This document shows positions 30,709-37,649 of a DNA stretch of 37,649 bases, one piece after another. A program made the translations under genes and the position numbers. The notes below the pieces were generated by a model. It ran no database searches. It was not told where the DNA came from and saw only the letters and a program-made list of their open reading frames with translations. Source of the DNA: Stramenopiles sp. TOSAG23-2 (taxonomy: Eukaryota); contig LT649323.1 in the NCBI GenBank assembly GCA_900128395.1, positions 1 through 37,649 of the forward strand, written 5' to 3'. Within the stretch, counting starts at the first letter, position 1; the number at the start of each line of letters is the position of its first letter.

Positions 30709-32187
30709 CTACCAATCACTATCCGAACTATCACTACTATAATTATGTTGATATCCTCCCAATGTTACATTGTCCTCCTCGCTATCATCAATATCTTCCA
30801 GATCATGTTTGATCATATTGTTATTTGCAATAGATTTTCTTCTATCTCTTCTTTTAAATTTCTTTTCTGATAAGGATACAATCGATCTACGTCTTAATTT
30901 TTCATTTTTCTTCCTATTTTTTTTAATATCTAACGTTGATTTTGCTAAAGCTTTAAACGTATTATTTCCTTCTTCTTCTCCATCGTTGTCTTCGTTGTCT
31001 TCTTTTTTGATATTCTTAAACGTATTTGTTGTTGATGATGATGACGATGAAGTAGATGTTGAACTTAATGATGATGATGATGATTGTGGTGTAATTACTG
31101 CATTCATTTTATTTTTTGTTTCATCATATGGTGTAGTAAATGTTGTTTCTTCTTTTTCGTTATTATTACTATGATTATTTTGTGTAGTATTGGTATTGCT
31201 ATTATTATGAATTAATTCCATTTGCTTTTCCATATTGGCTTTCAATGCTATACATTGTTCTTCATACTTATCCATCGCATCTTTTATTACTTTCCAACAA
31301 TCTTTTTCTGCATCTTCCAAAGAGGCATGATATTCATCTTTCACTGATTGTATTAATTTTTGATCTAACAATGATAATGTAGTAGTATTTTTTTGATTGT
31401 CGTTTTTTTTATTATTATTATTTTCAATAGAAACATCATTGACATTAGATTTTGGCATTGGTGTCTTAAGTAATTCTTCTTCTTTTTCCTCTTGCTCTTT
31501 CTCCTTTTTTTCTAATGCTTTTGCTGCCTTAATAGTTTTTCTATCAGCAAAAATGTATTGGTTATATCTTTTATAAAATTCCGTATGAGTTATTACTTTA
31601 TTGGAAGTTTTATCATGATAAACATAATCTCCTTCATCATCAGTTGTCCAATACGTAGATGTTATATTTCGTATATTGTCATCATCTTTTTTTCTACCAT
31701 TTATCATAATTTGTAAATCGCCTTGAATTTCCATAATTATCTTTTTACGTTGTGCTAAACGTTGTTTTTTATTCATTTTCACTGGTTTGTCGCTTACGAT
31801 AAAAATCTTTGATAAAGGAAATTTACCAATATTACCGTGTATTTGTATTTGCTTACAAACTTGTTGAAATTCTTTTTCATATTTTATTTTATCATTACTA
31901 TTATAATTTTTCAATTGTACATATTTTCGTAACATCATTGTTAATGATAGTTGTTGTTCTTCTGTTACTTTCGTTTTTATATTAGTTGTTTTATTGGTGA
32001 TATTATTGTTATTGGTGTTGCTACTACGTTTGTTTTTTAATTGATGTATTTTCTTCACAACAGCAACACGTTGATTATTATTTTTTGGTGTGAAAAAATA
32101 TGCATTTGTTAAATCTTGTCCAAATCGTTTTTGTGGTGCAGGAGGCTCAATATTATTTCCATTTGCTTTTTTTACTTTCTTCATCAT
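30709..32187 (-). CDS. Hypothetical low-complexity, coiled-coil protein
   Basis: 492-aa open frame rich in K/N/E/S, with a basic C-terminus (RRRSI, RRKSI). No family recognised. Confidence 0.75.
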   Translation of the reverse strand: MMKKVKKANGNNIEPPAPQKRFGQDLTNAYFFTPKNNNQRVAVVKKIHQLKNKRSSNTNNNNITNKTTNIKTKVTEEQQLSLTMMLRKYVQLKNYNSNDKIKYEKEFQQVCKQIQIHGNIGKFPLSKIFIVSDKPVKMNKKQRLAQRKKIIMEIQGDLQIMINGRKKDDDNIRNITSTYWTTDDEGDYVYHDKTSNKVITHTEFYKRYNQYIFADRKTIKAAKALEKKEKEQEEKEEELLKTPMPKSNVNDVSIENNNNKKNDNQKNTTTLSLLDQKLIQSVKDEYHASLEDAEKDCWKVIKDAMDKYEEQCIALKANMEKQMELIHNNSNTNTTQNNHSNNNEKEETTFTTPYDETKNKMNAVITPQSSSSSLSSTSTSSSSSSTTNTFKNIKKEDNEDNDGEEEGNNTFKALAKSTLDIKKNRKKNEKLRRRSIVSLSEKKFKRRDRRKSIANNNMIKHDLEDIDDSEEDNVTLGGYQHNYSSDSSDSDW

Positions 32188-32528
32188 TTCAATATAAAAG
32201 TATATATACGTTATTTATTTATTATATATATATATATATATATCTTTTATTTACTAATGATTCTATGATATAATATCAAATCATCTGTAAAAGGAAAATG
32301 ATATTGACTTGTATGTATTTTGTATTTTCCTATTTCTTATATTATATTCTTATATTTTCGAACTTTTTATATTATTTTTTAACTGTCACAAGCACTCAAC
32401 GTTTCCCACGCACTACCCATGGTATCCTAGTATAATGTTTAGTGCTATGATCATGCTAATTATAAAAAATGATGTCCATATTCGTACAATATAGCTTATT
32501 AGTTTTTTACACTCTCGATTATTATATA

Positions 32529-35500
32529 TTAGGAACTCTCGGATCTTACTCGATTCCTTGTTGATTCTGTTGAGGAATTATTTTTTTTGGAATTGCTTGT
32601 TTTTCGTTTTTTCCAATGTGTCCTTCGTTGAGATTCTCTAATAACTGCTTCAATTGCTTTTAACCAACCTAGTTGATCTGCTCGATTTCGTGGAATTAAA
32701 ATCATCGGCAAAAGACCAACTTTTGCATTGTAGCCTCGTACTTCAATATCATATTTTCGATTGCCATTGGATGCAAGTGGCGCAACAATTGCATTTGCTG
32801 GTAGATATAATTCTCCACGAGGCGCTAAACCCGCATGTGCTTGTTGTTTTGTTAACCACCATTGTAATGAACAAGTATCGCCTCTTAATACAAAGTATCG
32901 TAAATTTATCTTTGCAATTGTACGCCCGAACGCACTTCTACCTGGTGTCTTTAAAAATCCTTCACGTTTTGCATGTAAATTGATCATTCGTGTCATGTTT
33001 CCAGGAGTTTGATAACGCCCTGATTGACCTGGTGTTTTACCACTTTTGTAAATTCGTTTTAATTCTGCATCGGTTGGTATCGTACTAAGCATATGCCTTA
33101 GTCGTTTCAACATGGTACCTTCCTTACGAAATTTCTCCGTAACTAGAACTAAACCATTAAATAATATGACATATCTGGATGGAATTAAAATGCACATTAG
33201 CGTGGCAAACGCAAATAAATACAGAATAATGCGAGATTTTTCAGGATGCACCCATAATAAAACATTTTTCATTCGTTCGTATCTATCAGCCATATGTCCC
33301 ATTTTGTTTTGAATGGAAAATGCAGCTTCCCTCAATTTTCTGTATTGAGCAATTAAATTATAATTGCTTACTAATTGATTTGCTGTGCCGCTTTTTTGTG
33401 ACGATGGACCATTTACAGTGGTACCATCAGAAGCATTGTCGTGCTTGTTACCATTGTTATTTTCATTTCTAGAATTTTCATCATCTTCTTCCGGTAATAT
33501 TAATTGCAAACGTAAATGTATTTTCCCAATAGATCCACGCTTTCTATTTTCTTTTTCTAAATGCCTCGACCACACTCGTTTTGTGGAATGCAATGGTGAC
33601 AATTCATACCACCTATCGATGATAATTTCACCATCATTTGCACTTTTCGTAGAAACGCTACTTTTATTGGACACCGTACTATTTCCTCGACTGCTTCTAC
33701 CATTACCATTTTCATCATCATTTTCATCATGTATTAAATCTTGCATTGGTATCTTCACTTCGCCCATGAAATCATGTGTAGTATTTCCATATGATATTGG
33801 ATTTTCATCATAGACCTCGAATACCAATTCTTGATCTGTAAATATTTCTTCTACTTTTAAAAATGTAACGAAACTCGTATCATGCTCGTCCCATTTTTCA
33901 ATCACCGTTGATTTCCCAGGAATATGTAATCGGCTTCGTCCTGCAGACTTTTCATTCATACCCCATTTTGGATTTAAAGTTAAATATTCCGTATTCGTTC
34001 GTCCGATATGTATGGAATCTTTTTCATATCCTTTTCCAAGATTAATCACAATATACGGATCACTAGTCAAATCATTTGGATTTAATGCATTTTGGTTCAT
34101 TGGCGTCATATTCGAACCTTCCAAACATGCTATTTTCAATTTTGCTTTTTTTCGCAATTCATCATGATGCCATATTTCTGCAAATGACCCATCAAGACGA
34201 TGGCGATACCTGTATATCAAAAATGCAACGAAGAAACCAGGGAAAATGATTAAAAATCTATCAAATGCATATAAACATAGCGGAATGAACAATGTAGTCA
34301 ATAATCCAGTTAAAACAGGATCTTTCCAATCCAAAAACTCGCGGTATGTCCTCCAACAATCATCGTATATATCTATAAGTGCATTTCCACGAGCAACATT
34401 TTCACGAAAGGTTGCCAATTCGAATGGTTTCGACAACGGTTGGACAATGCGAGGGGAAAATATCTTCCAAATATCTTGAACAAACATGACATTTATTGTA
34501 AGAGAACCGACAAATGAATTATCATTGTATTCTGAAGATAATTGTAAACAACATTCTGGCATTAACGGCTTTCCTTGACCAATTGAACCCCCAAGATTAT
34601 TTGTACCATTCTTCTTTTGTTTTTGATCATTCGATACAAAAAATTCCAACGTTTCCACCTCTAATATTTCCATCAATGATATTTGGGCTTTACCAAGCAA
34701 TGCTTTACGATCGCCAGTATATTGAAATATTTCAAATACGACAATATCACTTGGATTTACTACAGGCAAACTTAAAATATTATTTGTATCTCTCTTTTCC
34801 ACTTGTTCTTCTTTTTGATTGTTGTTATTATTTAAATTTTCATCATTTTCTTCGGATGCTTCGGAAATTCCTTTATTATTCATAACACCACCACCACCAT
34901 ACGTATTAGCATTTTTTATTTTATCTTCTACCTGATTTATAGATAAAAATGATTCTTCCTCTTCTTGCATCTGTTCCCAACCAATAAATGATACTTTCCC
35001 ATCCTCAGCCATTTCTTTATTAGGTTCAAATGGTATTGTTTGTGCACTTACATCTTCTAATCTAACTTGACATACAATTTGCGCACCCCAAACATGATCA
35101 TGAACCACCATATTTGGCAGGCCTACAAATAGATTTCCATATGTATCATCACCCCAATTACCAGCAGAAGAAACTCCATCTACCGAGTCGCTGCTTAAAT
35201 TTCTTGCTCGATTGTTTGGAGATGATGGATCTATTTTAAATTCAATAAATTTAAAGGTCAATAATAAGCGACCGGCTGGATCTCCATTTCCCGTTCTTAA
35301 ACCGACCCAACGTTTTTCTGTAGTGCTAGGATTATCAATAAAAGTACTTAATTCCACGTCATTTTCCCCAATCAATGTATCCTTAATAGCGCTGGAAGCC
35401 CATGCTTCGATATGCAAACTAGAATCATAGTTAGAGACAGGAAATGTAAAGCGATTGGAATCATTTATGGACCAACGTGGATTACATCCACCATGTTTGC

Positions 35501-37010
35501 AAAAATTTGTCGCAACTGCTTTTCTAGAACCAGAAGCTTGCAATTTTACATATGGATCTTGCTTTTTAAACTGTGTCACTTTTCGTAGATTGGTACCTTT
35601 TAAGACAATTACGATAATTTTACCATGTACAGGACGATTTGATTTCTCTGATTCACTTGTAAATGAACGACGAATAGATAAATTACTATTTGAATCAACA
35701 AGGTTATTATTATTATGGGAGTTCCGATTATTTCCATCCTTATCTCGTCTTGCTGCATCTTTGGAACTACGTCGTTTTTGTTTCATTTCTGCGATTAAAT
35801 CATTAGTGAATTCTTCGACACGAGGTCGAAGTTCAGTCAATACATTTTCACGCCCAGATTTAAATGCTGTGTATTTTTTCAAATACACTTTCTCCAAGTA
35901 TAGTATACGTTGCATATCTTTATCACTTACTGTGGATACTTTTAATATTTTACAAACGTGTTGAACAAATAAAGGATGAAATACATGATCAATACTACTT
36001 TTTTCCGTTGATAATGTTTGCATTTGACGCAAATAATTTACACATAGACGATCAGATGCTTTCGACATATCAAATCCATCTGTAGAACCGCGCCTTGCTG
36101 CCTCTGTGAAACGTTTTGATGTCATATTTACAAGACTGCCAACAAAAGATACGCGTGGCTTTTTAACATTATTAGATTGTGTGGTTTTATTTGAATGTTG
36201 TATTTGCATTTTGTATTTTGAAGCTCTACCAGATAGTCCACTCTTATCATTTACATTGCTTCTATCGTTGTTATTTGAATACATTTTGTCGCTTTTCGAA
36301 TCAAGATTTGATTTACGACGGGCATGTAAAACATTTACATTATTATGATTCGATGTATTTGATAAACTACGTGCACGAGTTTTAAAGTTCATTTTACTAT
36401 TACTATCACCTTCATCAAACGTATCCGCATCTATTTCCACGTCACTTCTATCCATATCATTACCACTATCAATATCTTCAGAATGTTCATTCTTTAAATA
36501 TTTAATACCTTTATTGATTCCTATTATCCAAGATTCTCTATCTTCTTCTGAAAATAAATATATTCGTAATGCTTTACCTCGTGCTTCAATTTCATCAATG
36601 CTTTCCTTCTTGCCACTGGCAGTTTTTCTAGATTGTTGATATATGGTCAAAGGGTATAATGAACCAGCATCTCCTTGTGGCACATTTGGTGCAGTCGCAT
36701 GTTTATCTACTTTTTCTGCAAAACTATTTGGTGTAAGTTCAAATAAACCTCTGGGTTGTTTATCACCTGCTTGTAAATAATAATATAGACGTAATATTTT
36801 CGTCACTAGGATACCTTTAGGTCTAGGTAAAATGAAAAATCGTTTTTTCCAATTTCGTTTACCAAATAAACCAGTACCAGAACCAAGTTTAAATCCATAC
36901 CCCGATACTAACACATTGCCGTAACTATTAAATCGTTTTATCGGTCTTCTTATATTATTATCATCATTATTTTGTTGATCCTTTTTGTTTTCTCGTAAGT
37001 CCAATGACAT
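32529..37010 (-). CDS. MCTP-like multi-C2 transmembrane protein with N- and C-terminal PH domains
   Basis: PH (SGYGFKLG...RNWKKRFFIL...DRESWI); C2 (IVLKGTNL...QDPYVKL); a degenerate C2; a TM hairpin after WKDP; C2 (LKIACLEG...SDPYIVI...FEVYD...DFMG); a PRT_C-like segment (IQNKMGHMADRYERMKNVLLW.HP); and PH (REGFLK...RYFVL...WLKAI). Confidence 0.85.
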   Translation of the reverse strand: MSLDLRENKKDQQNNDDNNIRRPIKRFNSYGNVLVSGYGFKLGSGTGLFGKRNWKKRFFILPRPKGILVTKILRLYYYLQAGDKQPRGLFELTPNSFAEKVDKHATAPNVPQGDAGSLYPLTIYQQSRKTASGKKESIDEIEARGKALRIYLFSEEDRESWIIGINKGIKYLKNEHSEDIDSGNDMDRSDVEIDADTFDEGDSNSKMNFKTRARSLSNTSNHNNVNVLHARRKSNLDSKSDKMYSNNNDRSNVNDKSGLSGRASKYKMQIQHSNKTTQSNNVKKPRVSFVGSLVNMTSKRFTEAARRGSTDGFDMSKASDRLCVNYLRQMQTLSTEKSSIDHVFHPLFVQHVCKILKVSTVSDKDMQRILYLEKVYLKKYTAFKSGRENVLTELRPRVEEFTNDLIAEMKQKRRSSKDAARRDKDGNNRNSHNNNNLVDSNSNLSIRRSFTSESEKSNRPVHGKIIVIVLKGTNLRKVTQFKKQDPYVKLQASGSRKAVATNFCKHGGCNPRWSINDSNRFTFPVSNYDSSLHIEAWASSAIKDTLIGENDVELSTFIDNPSTTEKRWVGLRTGNGDPAGRLLLTFKFIEFKIDPSSPNNRARNLSSDSVDGVSSAGNWGDDTYGNLFVGLPNMVVHDHVWGAQIVCQVRLEDVSAQTIPFEPNKEMAEDGKVSFIGWEQMQEEEESFLSINQVEDKIKNANTYGGGGVMNNKGISEASEENDENLNNNNNQKEEQVEKRDTNNILSLPVVNPSDIVVFEIFQYTGDRKALLGKAQISLMEILEVETLEFFVSNDQKQKKNGTNNLGGSIGQGKPLMPECCLQLSSEYNDNSFVGSLTINVMFVQDIWKIFSPRIVQPLSKPFELATFRENVARGNALIDIYDDCWRTYREFLDWKDPVLTGLLTTLFIPLCLYAFDRFLIIFPGFFVAFLIYRYRHRLDGSFAEIWHHDELRKKAKLKIACLEGSNMTPMNQNALNPNDLTSDPYIVINLGKGYEKDSIHIGRTNTEYLTLNPKWGMNEKSAGRSRLHIPGKSTVIEKWDEHDTSFVTFLKVEEIFTDQELVFEVYDENPISYGNTTHDFMGEVKIPMQDLIHDENDDENGNGRSSRGNSTVSNKSSVSTKSANDGEIIIDRWYELSPLHSTKRVWSRHLEKENRKRGSIGKIHLRLQLILPEEDDENSRNENNNGNKHDNASDGTTVNGPSSQKSGTANQLVSNYNLIAQYRKLREAAFSIQNKMGHMADRYERMKNVLLWVHPEKSRIILYLFAFATLMCILIPSRYVILFNGLVLVTEKFRKEGTMLKRLRHMLSTIPTDAELKRIYKSGKTPGQSGRYQTPGNMTRMINLHAKREGFLKTPGRSAFGRTIAKINLRYFVLRGDTCSLQWWLTKQQAHAGLAPRGELYLPANAIVAPLASNGNRKYDIEVRGYNAKVGLLPMILIPRNRADQLGWLKAIEAVIRESQRRTHWKKRKTSNSKKNNSSTESTRNRVRSESS

Positions 37011-37649
37011 TATTGTAGTTGTAAATCTTATTAAATATATATATATATATTAATATAATATGACTGACTTTATGAATAATAATAATCTATCTATCAACAA
37101 AATTTTAATTTATTTTTTCTTATATTCTATTATAATATATATATAAATGTATATATTATACTGTATAATAAAATAGAAGGAAGGAAGAAACAATTCTCAA
37201 TCTCGCCAGATGTGTAATATATATATATATTATTTTCCCAATGGTGGTTGAAAATATCAATCTCTCTCTCTCTCTCTCTCTACATTTACTTCACTAACTT
37301 AATATATTACTGTAATAATATATTATCTTACCAGCTTTCTAAGGCTTGCACGCTTCTTTCCATCAATTGTGCGCAATTATTATTATTATTTTTTCCGCAG
37401 AGATTTTCTCTATGATATTTTTCAGTATAGTCTGCGTCGTTTTCGCAAAATAAACCTTACCTGGATTACCAGGCTTATATTAATACTATCTACCTGTCCC
37501 GCTGGCTTACCAGCTTACCCATCACAGGATTGATTATTTTGACCTTAATGTTAGTTTAACCAGAAGTGCCACAGTGCCACAAAGTTGTTGTTGCCAGAGG
37601 CTGGAAAAGTGGAATCGTATTTTAGGTATTATTTGTCTACTAATTAGTA

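Overview
AT-rich, gene-dense and almost intron-free eukaryotic nuclear DNA, probably from a SAR-type protist; the lineage cannot be fixed from this window. The left part holds housekeeping genes: a partial F-box-like ORF at the edge, dipeptidyl peptidase III, a GHMP sugar kinase fused to a GalU-like domain, a secreted alpha/beta hydrolase, ribosomal protein eL41 (missed by the ORF track), a LARP4-like protein, an adrenodoxin-type ferredoxin and a possible Med10. At 16151-20809 lies a ~4.66 kb DNA transposon with 24-bp imperfect TIRs and a target-site duplication. It encodes a frameshifted, highly divergent DDE transposase resembling the CMC/Transib/RAG1 group, and it carries arrays of GAA/TTC motifs spaced exactly 10 bp apart, including inside the coding sequence. 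Next (21-28.6 kb) is a repeat-rich cluster of bacterial-like glycan-tailoring genes: a TPR-like sulfotransferase, a truncated ColD/RfbH-type PLP enzyme, a glycosyltransferase-like protein and an acyltransferase-3 flanked by direct repeats. The right part has a PA1024-type flavoprotein fused to YciI, a low-complexity protein and a PH/C2 MCTP-like protein. Three 95-130 bp tandem duplications fall on gene starts or stops within ~3 kb. All family calls come from motif recognition by eye, not from database searches.
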